Assembly: GCA_002269645.1 (NCBI GenBank)
Contig: NIVC01000257.1
Coordinates: forward strand, 62,001-126,000
Reading direction: 5' to 3'
Source: Macrostomum lignano
Lineage: Eukaryota
DNA length: 64,000 bases
Shown here: in pieces, positions 39,821 to 53,556 of the stretch
How the letters are laid out: each line of letters starts with the position of its first letter
Numbering within the stretch: the first letter of the stretch is position 1
The notes under the pieces: generated by a model
Told to the model about the DNA's origin: nothing
Databases searched by the model: none
What the model saw: only the letters and a program-made list of their open reading frames with translations
Program-made: the position numbers and the translations under genes

Positions 39821-40300
39821 CTGCGATGAGGAACAATTGATTTCTTTTCTAGGGCCCAAATTTCAGTCCGAAAGCCGCTCCGCCTACATGCCCCATCGCG
39901 GAAGCTGGGGGCAGCGGGGGGGTGGCAGTGCAAACACCATGCGCTGAATAAAGTCGGCGAGTTGTCAGTTGGGCCTCGGGGGTTGCGTGTCCCCCCCCCC
40001 TGTTTGAACTGTTGGACGGAGACAGCGGGCTGAGGACGGGCCTCCGGACTCTGAAAGGCATTGACATTGAAATCGAATTTTGCTGCCAAGACTGTGTGTT
40101 TGACCAGTTCTGAGCGAAAGCTGTTCGCTGCTGAGTTCTCTGAAAATTTGTTCTGAAGAATCGTTTTTATGGAAATTTCGTGTTTCTCCCCTAGGCTGCT
40201 CCAACAGCAAAATGGGAAAACTGTCCCTTCTGGTTGCTTAGATCTGCTGTAAGTAGCTTCTGGTAGGTGATTATTGATTGATTGATTGATTGCCGTTGAA

Positions 40301-41180
<880 letters not shown>

Positions 41181-42319
41181 GCACTGATTGATGAGATCAT
41201 TCTGTCATTCAGTTCAAGAAGCAGCCGTCAGTGTCAACTGTCAGGTAGCTGCCATACTGTACGGCGCCATTGTGTGCAGCTGGAAAAGGCACTTACTGAA
41301 TTGCAATACGGCTCTCTATTCAATGGATTGTCTTTCACATTTGCAAGCAGCTGGCCCGCAGAATAAAACAACCCTTTTCTTCTCTCAGAATTTGACTCGA
41401 AGGAACCGTGCGGGCTCAACTTAATGAGATGGAGAGCCTCGCAGCTTCCGTCCCTTCCTCATCTCGCCAAGGACTCCGCAATTTCTTCGACTCAGTGAAG
41501 CAAAGTGTGAAAAGGGAGAATAAGAAGAGGGCTTCGGCCAGTCTTAAAAAGAGAGCGCTGTCCTCTCTTCATCAGTCCATCTGCTTCCAGCATCCCCTTC
41601 TCAGCCTCGCGATTCTCCCCCCTCTCTCTCTAATCCCCGCGGAGTTGAAATTGCACTTTAACAATTTGCATAACAAGAGGCTGGGCGCACCGGCCATCCC
41701 TATCACCGGATTTGCGTGATTAAAGAGGATCTCGCTGCCCCCAGTTTATTATTAGGGGATCTGATTTCCCCCCTCCCGCTGTGCCAGGCAGGTTCGGCCT
41801 CTCAGACAGCTCCCAGATCCGGCTTCTTCCCTACTTTGTTGCAGAAATTTCATATTCAAATTTCTGTTGCTACTCCTTCCGCAATAATTTTTCTCCTCAA
41901 ATTGGGCAGGGCCAACAGGCCCCGGGCAGGCCCTGAGAAGGCCAGGTGCGATGGCGGTCCCAAGTGAGGGGAAATGTTGCCAGAAGGCCCGTGTTTGCCT
42001 TTCCCACGCGGCTCAGCAGCAGCGGCCGTGCCCGCCATCTCTCGCTGGTGTAAAAAATTAAATGAAGAGAAATAAATGTTGAGTCACGAATCTGTGCCAC
42101 CACCTCGCCCGGAACCGTTATTCACCAATTTTTTCTGGCCTCCTCTCTCGACTGCCATAATTGATTTCTTTTTCTTCCACGTTGCCTCTTCATTTGACTT
42201 TTTCTGCTTTTTTCCCATGCAGTCTTTCGCGAGTGTCAGCCACCTTGCATGCTGCTTCGGGGCTGGAGGGCTCTGGACTGCTTTGATTCTGCGTGTTTGC
42301 TGGGTGCATACTCACCTGT

Positions 42320-44978
42320 CTCTCTCTCCCCATCCTCTCCCACCTCCCTCTCCCACCTCCCTCTCCCACCTCCCTCTCCCACCTCCCTCTCCCACCTCCC
42401 TCTCCCACCTCCCTCTCCCACCTCCCTCTCCCACCTCCCTCTCCCACCTCCCTCTCCCACCTCCCTCTCCCACCTCCCTCTCCCACCTCCCTCTCCCTCC
42501 TCCCTCTCCCACCTCCCTCTCCCCCTCCCTCTCCCACCTCCCTCTCCTCCTCCCTCTCCCACCTCCCTCTCCCACCTCCCTCTCCCACCTCCCTCTCCCA
42601 CCTCCCTCTCCCACCTCCCTCTCCCACCTCCCTCTCCATCCCCCTTCTCCCACCTCCCTCTCCCAACTGCGTCTACAAACCTCCCTCTCCCACCTCCCTC
42701 TCCCAACTGCGTCTACAAACCTCCCTCTCCCACCTCCCTCTCCCACCTCCCTCTCCATCCCCCTCTTCCACCTTCCTCTCCCACCTCCCTCTCCCACCTC
42801 CCTCTCCCACCTCCCTCTCCCACCTCCCTCTCCCACCTCCCTCTCCCACCTCCCTCTCCCACCTCCCTCTCTCACCTTCCTCTCTCGCCTCCCTCTCCCA
42901 CCTCCCTCTCCCACCTCCCTCTCTCACCTTCCTCTCTCACCTCCTCTCTCCCACTCCCTCTCTCACCTTCTTCTCCCACCTCCCTCTCCCACCTCCCTCT
43001 CTCACCTTCCTCTCCCACCTCCCTCTCCCACCTCCCTCTCTCACCTTCCTCTCTCACCTCCCTCTCCCACCTCCCTCTCTCACCTTCCTCTCTCACCTCC
43101 CTCTCCCACCTCCTCTCTCACCTTCCTCTCTCACCTCCCTCTCCCACCTCCCTCTCCCACCTCCCTCTCCCACCTCCCTCTCCCACCTCCCTCTCCCACC
43201 TCCCTCTCCCACCTCCCTCTCCCACTCCCTCTCCCAGCTCTCTCTCCCACATTCCTCTCCCACCTCCCTCTCCCACCTCCCTCTCCCACCTCCCTCTCTC
43301 ACCTTCCTCTCCCACCTCCCTCTCCCACCTCCCTCTCCCACCTCCCTCTCTCACCTTCCTCTCCCACCTCCCTCTCCCACCTCCCTCTCTCACCTTCCTC
43401 TCTCACCTCCCTCTCCCACCTCCCTCTCTCACCTTCCTCTCTCACCTCCCTCTCTCACCTTCCTCTCTCGCCTCCCTCTCCCACCTCCCTCTCTCACCTT
43501 CCTCTCTCGCGCCTCCCTCTCCCACCTCCCTCTCTCACCTTCCTCTCTCGCCTCCCTCTCCCACCTCCCTCTCTCACCTTCCTCTCTCGCGCCTCCTCTC
43601 CCACCTCCCTCTCTCACCTTTCTCTCTCGCCTCCCTCTCCCACCTCCCTCTCTCACCTTCCTCTCCCACCTCCCTCTCCCACCTCCCTCTCCCACCTCCC
43701 TCTCCCACCTCCCTCTCCCTCCTCCCTCTCCCACCTCCCTCTCCCACCTCCCTCTCCCACCTCCCTCTCCCTCCTCCCTCTCCCACCTCCCTCTCCCACC
43801 TCCCTCTCCCACCTCCCTCTCCCACCTCCCTCTCCCACCTCCCTCTCCCACCTCCCTCTCCATCCCCCTTCTCCCACCTCCCTCTCCCAACTGCGTCTAC
43901 AAACCTCCCTCTCCCACCTCCCTCTCCCAACTGCGTCTACAAACCTCCCTCTCCCACCTCCCTCTCCCACCTCCCTCTCCATCCCCTCTTCCACCTTCCT
44001 CTCCCACCTCCCTCTCCCACCTCCCTCTCCCACCTCCCTCTCCCACCTCCCTCTCCCACCTCCCTCTCCCACCTCCCTCTCCCACCTCCCTCTCTCACCT
44101 TCCTCTCTCGCCTCCCTCTCCCACCTCCCTCTCCCACCTCCCTCTCTCACCTTCCTCTCTCACCTCCCTCTCCCACCTCCCTCTCTCACCTTCTTCTCCC
44201 ACCTCCCTCTCCCACCTCCCTCTCTCACCTTCCTCTCCCACCTCCCTCTCCCACCTCCCTCTCTCACCTTCCTCTCTCACCTCCCTCTCCCACCTCCCTC
44301 TCTCACCTTCCTCTCTCACCTCCCTCTCCCACCTCCCTCTCTCACCTTCCTCTCTCACCTCCCTCTCCCACCTCCCTCTCCCACCTCCCTCTCCCACCTC
44401 CCTCTCCCACCTCCCTCTCCCACCTCCCTCTCCCACCTCCCTCTCCCACCTCCCTCTCCAGCTCTCTCTCCCACATTCCTCTCCCACCTCCCTCTCCCAC
44501 CTCCCTCTCCCACCTCCCTCTCTCACCTTCCTCTCCCACCTCCCTCTCCCACCTCCCTCTCCCACCTCCCTCTCTCACCTTCCTCTCCCACCTCCCTCTC
44601 CCACCTCCCTCTCTCACCTTCCTCTCTCACCTCCCTCTCCCACCTCCCTCTCTCACCTTCCTCTCTCACCTCCCTCTCTCACCTTCCTCTCTCGCCTCCC
44701 TCTCCCACCTCCCTCTCTCACCTTCCCTTCCTCTCGCGCCTCCCTCTCCCACCTCCCTCTCTCACCTTCCTCTCTCGCCTCCCTCTCCCACCTCCCTCTC
44801 TCACCTTCCTCTCTCGCGCCTCCCTCTCCCACCTCCCTCTCTCACCTTTCTCTCTCGCCTCCCTCTCCCACCTCCCTCTCTCACCTTCCTCTCTCACCTC
44901 CCTCTCCCACCTCCCTCTCTCACCTTCCTCTCTCACCTCCCTCTCCCACCTCCCTCTCCCACCTCCCTCTCCCACCTG
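42320..44978. repeat. 13-bp polypyrimidine minisatellite (CTCCCTCTCCCAC) with an internal ~1.22-kb duplication
   Basis: Marker AACTGCGTCTACAAAC at 42665/42705 and 43889/43929. Confidence 0.97.
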
Positions 44979-45624
44979 CCTCAATACTAGAATCGCTAAC
45001 TCCTAAAATAAGTGCATTAGCAGGCAAACAAATCCATAGTGAATGCAGAAATCTAGTAGTTATGAAAACCCAAAACACCCCAGAGAAAATCAGCTTCACT
45101 GTGCGACCCTGACCTCGGCCGTCAACAATAGAACAGCAGGATTAAGGCTGGAACAAGCACGCAATCCGCAACTTTCCCATCTAGTCCGCAGCTTATCGAA
45201 ATGATTTGCCAGCCCCAATGCGACAATAGGAGGCTGGACAAGCCCGATGTGGAAGCATTGTTCCATTTTACTGCCGCCATCCGCGGCAGCATCCGCGCAA
45301 ACAGCAACTGGCTGCCTGACTGACTTCTGTGTTGAATTCACAGAGATCAACTCCCCCTGAGTTTACTGCCACTCTGCGATCCATTTTTAATAGCGGAATA
45401 CGATCTCAAAGTTCCTGCGCTTGGAGACTTTTTATGTTGTCGGGAGAGCCTATTTCTGGACTATTAAGATGCATAAACCTGTGCTTGAGCACACTTTACT
45501 TACACGTAGGGTTCCCTGTTAATTTGAGGGCCTCTGGGTGCTCCGCGCCTTGTACCAGGTACTGGGTGACCTTTCTTGGCTCCGCAAGACTACAGCTCTT
45601 GTGCGTGTCCTGAAAAATTTATTT

Positions 45625-46770
45625 GGCGGCCCCTCGACATCAAAAAGTGGCGCCCCCTGGACACCAAAAGTGGCGCCCTCTCGACACCAAAAGTGGCGCC
45701 CCCTCGACACCAAAAGTGGCGCCCCCTCGACACCAAGAGAGGCGCCCCTATGACACCAAAAGTGGCGCCCCCTCGATATCAAAAGTGGCACCCCTCCACA
45801 CCAAAAGTGGCGCCCCCTCGATATCAAAAGTGGCGCCCCCTCGACACCAAAAGTGAAAGTGGCACCCCACTTGACACCAAAAGTGGCGCCCTTCGACACC
45901 AAAAGTGGCGCCCCATCCACACCAAAGGTGGTGCCCTTCGACACCAAAAGTGGCGCCCTTCGACACCAAAAGTGGCGCCCCATCCACACCAAAGGTGGCG
46001 CCCCATCCACACCAAAGGTGGCGCCCTTCGACACCAAAAGTGGCGCCCTTCGACACCAAAAGTGGGGCCCTCTCGACACCAAAAGTGGCGCCCCTCGACA
46101 TCAAAAGTGGCGCCCTTCGACACCAAAAGTGGCGCCCCTCTGACACCAAAAGTGGCGCTCCATCCACACCAAAAGTGGCGCCTCTTCGACACCAAAAGTG
46201 GCGCCCCCTATGACACCAAAAGTGGCAACCCCTCGACACCAAAAGTGGCGCCCCCTATGACACTAAAAGTGGCGCCCCCTCGACACCAAAAGTGGCGCCC
46301 CCTATGACACAAAAAGTGGCGCCCCTCGACACCAAAAGTGGCGCCCCTCGACACCAAAAGTGGCGCCCCCTCGACACCAAAAGTGGCGCACCCTATGACA
46401 CAAAAAAGGGCGCCCCTCGACACCAAAAGTGGCGCCCCTAGGACACCAAAAGTGGCGCCCCCTCGACACTAAAAGTGGCGCCCCTCCACACCAAGAGTGA
46501 AAGTGGCACCCCGTTTGACACAAAAAGTGGCGCCCCCTCGACACCAAAAGTGGCGCCCCTTATGACACAAAAAAGGCGCCCCTCGACACCAAAAGTGGCG
46601 CCCCCTATGACACCAAAAGTGGCGCCCTGTCGAAATCAAAAGTGGCGCCCCCTCGACACCAAAAGTGGCGCCCCCTATGACACAAAAAGTGGCGCCCCCT
46701 CGACACCAAAAGTCGCGCCTCCCTCGACACCAAAAGTCGCGCCTCCCTCGACACCAAAAGTGGCGCAACC
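45625..46770. repeat. ~23-bp GC-rich minisatellite (CGACACCAAAAGTGGCGCCCCCT), ~50 units
   Basis: Direct reading; GGCGCC in most units. Confidence 0.96.
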
Positions 46771-47235
46771 TAACACCAGCACTTTCAAAGGTTAAGCAAT
46801 TGCGGCTTCGGTTAGTTAACTAAAAAGCCACTCACAGGACAGACTGGCAGCTCTGGGCTTGGGTAAAAATTCCCACACTGCCAGCACACTGTATTTGGAT
46901 AATTTCGTCAATCAAAAACAACAGCCTAGCTGCAGTCAAACCAAAGCGTCTCAGAAAATTTCTAAGAGACCGCATATTTTCTTAAGTCCCTAAACTTCAC
47001 TGTTCGCTTAATCAAAATGGGATCTTAGTCGCGTCTCTCTCCTCATATCCCTTACGGCGAGGTCCTCTGGCTCGAGTTGGCGTGAAAACTCTGCAGCAGG
47101 TGGGCAGGAGTCCAGTGCAGCTTCTGAGATGCTCTTATAATGGGAGTGAGGCCTGTTAGGATAGAACCCAGGTGAAGTTCAAGTCTGCCAGTGTACTGGG
47201 GACAAAGCGGAACTTTGATCTGCGTCCTTTGTTTG

Positions 47236-47836
47236 GTAGATAGATAGGTAGGTAGGTAGGTAGGTAGGTAGGTAGGTAGGTAGGTAGGTAGGTAGTTTGG
47301 TAGGTAGGTAGGTAGGTAACTAGAAAGGTAGATAAGTAGATAAGTAGATAGGTAGGTAGGTATGTAGGTAGGTAGGTAGGTAGGTAGGTAGGTAGGTAGG
47401 TGGGTAGGGAGGTAGGTAGGTAGGTAGGTAGGTAGGTGGGTAGGGAGGTAGGTAAAGTAGGTAGGTAGGAAGGTAGATAGTTGGGTACGAGTAGGTAGAT
47501 ACTCGTAGATCGATAGATAGGTAAGAAGGTAAGTAGGGAGGTAGGAAAAGTAGGTAGGTAGGAAAAGTAGGTAGATAAATAGCTAGGTAGGTAGGCAGTT
47601 AGATAAGTAGGTAGGTAGGTAGGTAAGGTAGGTAGATAAGTAGGTAGGTAAGTAGGTAGGTAGGTAAGTAGGTAAGTAGGTGGGTAGGTAAGTAGGTATG
47701 TGGGTAGGTAAGTAGGTATGTGGGTAGGTAAGTAGGTATGTGGGTAGGTAAGTAGGTAAGTAGGTGGGTAGGTAAGTAGGTAAGTAGGTGGGTAGGTAAG
47801 TAGGTATGTGGGTAGGTAAGTAGGTAGGTAGGTAGG
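47236..47836. repeat. Degenerate (GGTA)n array with GTAAGT/GTATGT variants
   Basis: Direct reading. Confidence 0.95.
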
Positions 47837-48208
47837 TCGTAGAAAAACTTGTGAGACTTCATCTGCTGATTGGGAGTATTTTTAATCAGGTGCGAGTAGA
47901 CTCCAGTCTGGAGTGTGTTCCACTTCCCTATTATCGAGTTTCTGCCGCAAAGTTTGCTTCTGGCAGGCAAAGCCAATCAATCTGTGCCTTTTTTAATCTT
48001 CCAATGCATCCATACGCTTTAAAAAACTTCCCTGAATCTCCAACTGAGTTTGGCCTGCATTGCGTATGCAGCTCATTAATGTTGCGGACTGTTTAAAGTT
48101 CTGGGCCGACACTGCTCTAAACAGAGGCCACTACTGGTTTTGCTCGTAAATACTAAACTGATTGCTCTGGACCCGAGTAAAAGTACAAGTTGATCGTATC
48201 TTGTGGGT

Positions 48209-48535
48209 GAGGAGAGGAGAGGAGAGGAGAGGAGAGGAGAGGAGAGGAGAGGAGAGGAGAGGAGAGGAGAGGAGAGGAGAGGAGAGGAGAGGAGAGGAGA
48301 GGAGAGGAGAGGAGAGGAGAGGAGAGGAGAGGAGAGGAGAGGAGAGGAGAGGAGAGGAGAGGAGAGGAGAGGAGAGGAGAGGAGAGGAGAGGAGAGGAGA
48401 GGAGAGGAGAGTAGAGGAGAGGAGAGGAGAGGAGAGGAGAGGAGAGGAGAGGAGAGGAGAGGAGAGGAGAGTAGAGGAGAGGAGAGGAGAGGAGAGGAGA
48501 GGAGAGGAGAGGAGAGGAGAAGAGCGGAGAGGAGA
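48209..48535. repeat. (GAGGA)n pentanucleotide homopurine tract
   Basis: Direct reading. Confidence 0.98.
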
Positions 48536-49363
48536 AATGAGATGTGATGACATGAGATGAGATCTATCGCAGTATAGACCTCTCCAGGTGCCCAGACGCC
48601 ATCAGGCTGTGAAAGCGTCATCCAAGTCTCTCTCTCTCTCTGGATTAGAAAATTATGAATCAATATTTTCTTGAAGTAGTTTGAATCGCTCTTATTGTCC
48701 AAAAATCAATTTTCTTCATACATCGCGGTCCGTTGAAGTGGGGCACACGGAGTGGGGACTGAGGGTAGACGCTATCGGATAAAACCATAATTGATTGCAT
48801 TCAAATTGGAGTTAGGCAAAAGTTTACAAATTTCAACCTCGAGTGGCTGATGGAGGGCGGCCAGTCTCGACCCTCTTCCCAGCTCACTTCAGCTCCGTTT
48901 TCCGTTCTTTTAGAAGCAGAAAAACAGTGAATTTTGGCGCGATTGCTTAATGCACTAACTAGATGCCCCCCAGTTCCCTAAGCCCTGTTCTCATTGAGTT
49001 CACCTTAAAACTAACCTGCAGTGAAATAACTGGATGACAATTTGTACACCTGCGCCTCTCCCCCACCCCTCCCTTCTGTTGTTCACCTGACTGTCTTCCA
49101 TTAATAATTAGCAGACTCAAACAGCAGCGGATCGGGGTGTGTGGGGGGGGGGGCGGGGCGACGATGAAGGAAGCTGAAGGAGATGAAGGAGATGGACACG
49201 AGAGAGCGCCGCGGCGGGAGGCTGGGGGCCTACAGACAGACTGAAGACTTGGGTGAAGAAGGAGGAGAATGCAATGATGAGGCATAAAGCGCCTTTGCAG
49301 CTGCCCCCTACACATCCTGTGCTGTGTCAGTGGCTGGGTGGCGCCACGGTGACCCGCCCTCAA

Positions 49364-49366
<3 letters not shown>

Positions 49367-49419
<53 letters not shown>
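49367..49419. repeat. (CT)n microsatellite
   Basis: Direct reading. Confidence 0.95.
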
Positions 49420-49422
<3 letters not shown>

Positions 49423-49634
49423 CTCTCCATCTCCCTCATTGTCTTTAAGCTGCAGCTTTTCCTGGGCGCCATCCACAATTGACTTGCGCCACACAGCCTC
49501 CGTGTTTTAGAAAAGTGCGCCGTCGCCTAAATTGCCATTCTAATTAGAAATGAGTGTGGGGCAATCAGGGCATTTATGGATCTTACAGACATTCTTTATG
49601 TTTGTTATTTATTCTGCTTCGTTTGGGTATTGAT

Positions 49635-50020
49635 GATAGATTAGCAGTCCATTCTATTCCTTCATGCATCTGGAATAGATTAGCAATCCATTCGATTCCT
49701 TCATGCATCTGGAATAGATTAGCAATCCATTCTATTCCTTCATGCATCTGGCATAGATTAGCAATCCATTCTATTCCTTCATGCATCTGGCATAGATTAG
49801 CAATCCATTCTATTCCTTCATGTATCTGGCATAGATTAGCAATCCATTCTATTCCTTCATGCATCTGACATAGATTAGCAATCCATTCTATTCCTTCATT
49901 CATCTAGCATAGATTAGCAATCCATTCTATTCCTTCATGCATCTGGCATAGATTAGCAATCCATTGTATTCCTTCATGCATCTGGCATAGATTAGCAATC
50001 CATTCTATTCCTTCATGCAT
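49635..50020. repeat. 39-bp minisatellite (ATAGATTAGCAATCCATTCTATTCCTTCATGCATCTGGC), ~10 units
   Basis: 13-aa periodicity in the ORF track; ends about 60 bp before exon 4. Confidence 0.96.
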
Positions 50021-50079
50021 ATTGGCTACTCTCGTACAGTTGCCAAAACACCGAACCCCTTTCTCTCTCCCCCCCGCAG

Positions 50080-50230
50080 CCGCACAATGGCTGCCACTAT
50101 CAGCAGCAGCTCAGCTACTCGCTGATGCCGCACCACCAGAACCTGCTGCCGCCCGGAGACTACGAGGTGGCCTCCGCGGATTCCGGACACGGGGCCAGCG
50201 AGGAAGAGATCCATTCGGATCAGCAGCGGA
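50080..50230 (+). CDS. Protocadherin cytoplasmic exon 4 with CM1-like motif
   Basis: Strong acceptor (ctttctctctcccccccgcag|), phase 0, matching exon 3. Reads PHNGCHYQQQLSYSLMPHHQNLLPPGDYEVASADSGHGASEEEIHSDQQR. DSGHGxSE resembles delta-protocadherin CM1. Donor A|GTGAGC, phase 1. This frame is not listed in the ORF track. Confidence 0.82.
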
Positions 50231-50329
50231 GTGAGCCGCCACTTTGACTTCTGGACCGATGAGCTGGGAGATGCAGAGGGATGATGCTGGATGTTTTGGA
50301 GGGGAGAAGGGAAGGGAGGCAGCGTCAGG

Positions 50330-53300
50330 GGAAGGGTGCGAGAGTGAAGGGAAGGGGTGTGAGAGTGAAGGGAAGGGGGAGAGTGAGGGGAAGGTGTGAG
50401 TGAGGAGAAGATTGGGAGAGTGAGGGGAAGGGAGGCAGCGTGAGGGGAAGGGATATGAGAGTGAAGGGAAGGGGTGTGAGAGTGAGGGGAAGGGAGGGAG
50501 AGTGAGGGGAAATGGGGAGAGTGAGGGGAAATGGTGAGAGTGAGGGGAAATGGTGAGAGTGAGGGGAAATGGTGAGAGTGAGGGGAAATGATGAGTGTGA
50601 GGGGAGATGGTGAGAGTGGGGGGAAGGGGTGTGAGAGTGAGGGGAAATGGTGAGAGTGAGGGGAAACGGTGAGATTGAGGGGAAATGGTGAGAGTGAGGG
50701 GAAATGGTGAGAGTGAGGGGAAACGGTGAGAGTGAGGGGAAACGGTGAGAGTGAGGGGAAATGATGAGAGTGAGGGGAAATGGTGAGAGTGAGGGGAAAC
50801 GGTGAGAGTGTGGGGGAAACGGTGAGAGTGAGGGGAAATGATGAGAGTGAGGGGAAATGGTGAGAGTGAGGGGAAATGGTGAGAGTTAGGGGACATGGTG
50901 AGAGTTAGGGGACATGGTGAGAGTGAGGGGAAATGGTGAGAGTGAGGGGAAATGGTGAGAGTGAGGGGAAATGGTGAGAGTGAGGGAAATGGTGAGAGTG
51001 GGGGAAGGGGTGTGAGAGTGTGGGGAAATGGTGAGAGTGAGGGGAAATGGTGAGAGTGAGGGGAAATGGTGAGAGTGAGGGGAAATGGTGAGAGTTAGGG
51101 GACATGGTGAGAGTGAGGGGAAATGGTGAGAGTGAGGGGAAATGGTGAGAGTGAGGGAAATGGTGAGAGTGGGGGAAGGGGTGTGAGAGTGTGGGGAAAT
51201 GGTGAGAGTGAGGGGAAATGGTGAGAGTGAGGGGAAATGGTGAGAGTGAGGGGAAATGGTGAGAGTGAGGGGAAGGGGTGAGAGTTAGGGGAAATGGTGA
51301 GAGTGAGGGGAAATGGTGAGAGTTAGGGGACATGGTGAGAGTGAGGGGAAATGGTGAGAGTGAGGGGAAATGGTGAGAGTGAGGGGAAATGGTGAGAGTT
51401 AGGGGACATGGTAAGAGTGAGGGGAAATGGTGAGAGTGAGGGGAAATGGTGAGAGTGAGGGAAATGGTGAGAGTGGGGGAAGGGGTGTGAGAGTGAGGGG
51501 AAATGGTGAGAGTGAGGGGAAATGGTGAGAGCGTGGGGAAATGGTGAGAGTGAGGGGAAATGGTGAGAGTGAGGGGAAATGGTGAGAGTGAGGGGAAATG
51601 GTGAGAGTGAGGGAAATGGTGAGAGTGGGGGAAGGGGTGTGAGAGTGTGGGGAAATGGTGAGAGTGAGGGGAAATGGTGGGAGTGAGGGGAAATGGTGAG
51701 AGTGAGGGGAAATGGTGGGAGTGAGGGGAAATGGTGAGAGTGAGGGGAAATGGTGGGAGTGAGGGGAAATGGTGAGAGTGAGGGGAAATGGTGGGAGTGA
51801 GGGGAAATGGTGAGAGTGAGGGGAAATGGTGGGAGTGAGGGGAAATGGTGAGGGTGAGGGGAAATGGTGAGGGTGAGGGGAAATGGTGGGAGTGAGGGGA
51901 AATGGTGAGAGTGAGGGGAAATGGTGAGAGTGAGGGGAAATGGTGAGAGTGAGGGGAAATGGTGAGAGTGAGGGAAATGGTGAGAGTGGGGGAAGGGGTG
52001 TGAGAGTGTGGGGAAATGGTGAGAGTGAGGGGAAATGGTGAGAGTGAGGGGAAATGGTGAGAGTGAGGGGAAATGGTGAGAGTTAGGGGACATGGTGAGA
52101 GTGAGGGGAAATGGTGAGAGTGAGGGGAAATGGTGAGAGTGAGGGAAATGGTGAGAGTGGGGGAAGGGGTGTGAGAGTGTGGGGAAATGGTGAGAGTGAG
52201 GGGAAATGGTGAGAGTGAGGGGAAATGGTGAGAGTGAGGGGAAATGGTGAGAGTGAGGGGAAGGGGTGAGAGTTAGGGGAAATGGTGAGAGTGAGGGGAA
52301 ATGGTGAGAGTGAGGGGAAATGGTGAGAGTGAGGGGAAATGGTGAGAGTGAGGGGAAATGGTGAGAGTTAGGGGACATGGTAAGAGTGAGGGGAAATGGT
52401 GAGAGTGAGGGGAAATGGTGAGAGTGAGGGAAATGGTGAGAGTGGGGGAAGGGGTGTGAGAGTGAGGGGAAATGGTGAGAGTGAGGGGAAATGGTGAGAG
52501 TGAGGGGAAATGGTGAGAGTGAGGGGAAATGGTGAGAGTTAGGGGACATGGTAAGAGTGAGGGGAAATGGTGAGAGTGAGGGGAAATGGTGAGAGTGAGG
52601 GAAATGGTGAGAGTGGGGGAAGGGGTGTGAGAGTGAGGGGAAATGGTGAGAGTGAGGGGAAATGGTGAGAGTGTGGGGAAATGGTGAGAGTGAGGGGAAA
52701 TGGTGAGAGTGAGGGGAAATGGTGAGAGTGAGGGGAAATGGTGAGAGTGAGGGAAATGGTGAGAGTGGGGGAAGGGGTGTGAGAGTGTGGGGAAATGGTG
52801 AGAGTGAGGGGAAATGGTGGGAGTGAGGGGAAATGGTGAGAGTGAGGGGAAATGGTGGGAGTGAGGGGAAATGGTGAGAGTGAGGGGAAATGGTGGGAGT
52901 GAGGGGAAATGGTGAGAGTGAGGGGAAATGGTGGGAGTGAGGGGAAATGGTGAGAGTGAGGGGAAATGGTGGGAGTGAGGGGAAATGGTGAGGGTGAGGG
53001 GAAATGGTGAGGGTGAGGGGAAATGGTGGGAGTGAGGGGAAATGGTGAGAGTGAGGGGAAATGGTGAGAGTGAGGGGAAATGGTGGGAGTGAGGGGAAAT
53101 GGTGAGAGTGAGGGGAAATGGTGGGAGTGAGGGGAAATGGTGAGGGTGAGGGGAAATGGTGGGAGTGAGGGGAAATGGTGGGAGTGAGGGGAAATGGTGA
53201 GAGTGAGGGGAAATGGTGGGAGTGAGGGGAAATGGTGAGGGTGAGGGGAAATGGTGGGAGTGAGGGGAAATGGTGAGAGTGAGGGGAAATGGTGAGAGTG

Positions 53301-53556
53301 AGGGGAAATGGTGGGAGTGAGGGGAAATGGTGAGAGTGAGGGGAAATGGTGGGAGTGAGGGGAAATGGTGAGGGTGAGGGGAAATGGTGGGAGTGAGGGG
53401 AAATGGTGAGAGTGAGGCGAAACGGTGAGAGTGAGGGGAAATGGTGAGAGTGAGGGGAAGGGGTGTGAGAGTGAGGGGAAGGGGTGTGAGAGTGAGGGGA
53501 AATGGTGGGAGTGAGGGGAAATGGTGGGAGTGAGGGGAAATGGTGGGAGTGAGGGG
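50330..53556. repeat. 19-bp G-rich minisatellite (GTGAGGGGAAATGGTGAGA), ~3.2 kb, with internal block duplications
   Basis: Direct reading. Confidence 0.97.

Noticed and set aside
41371-41424. Strong acceptor ccttttcttctctcag| as an extra coding exon
   Set aside because: The phase-0 frame required by exon 3 stops after 11 codons (TAA) and no suitable donor precedes the stop.
42076-45112. Three ~910-980-aa Pro/Ser/Leu-rich ORFs
   Set aside because: Translation of a pyrimidine-only 13-mer array inside intron 3.
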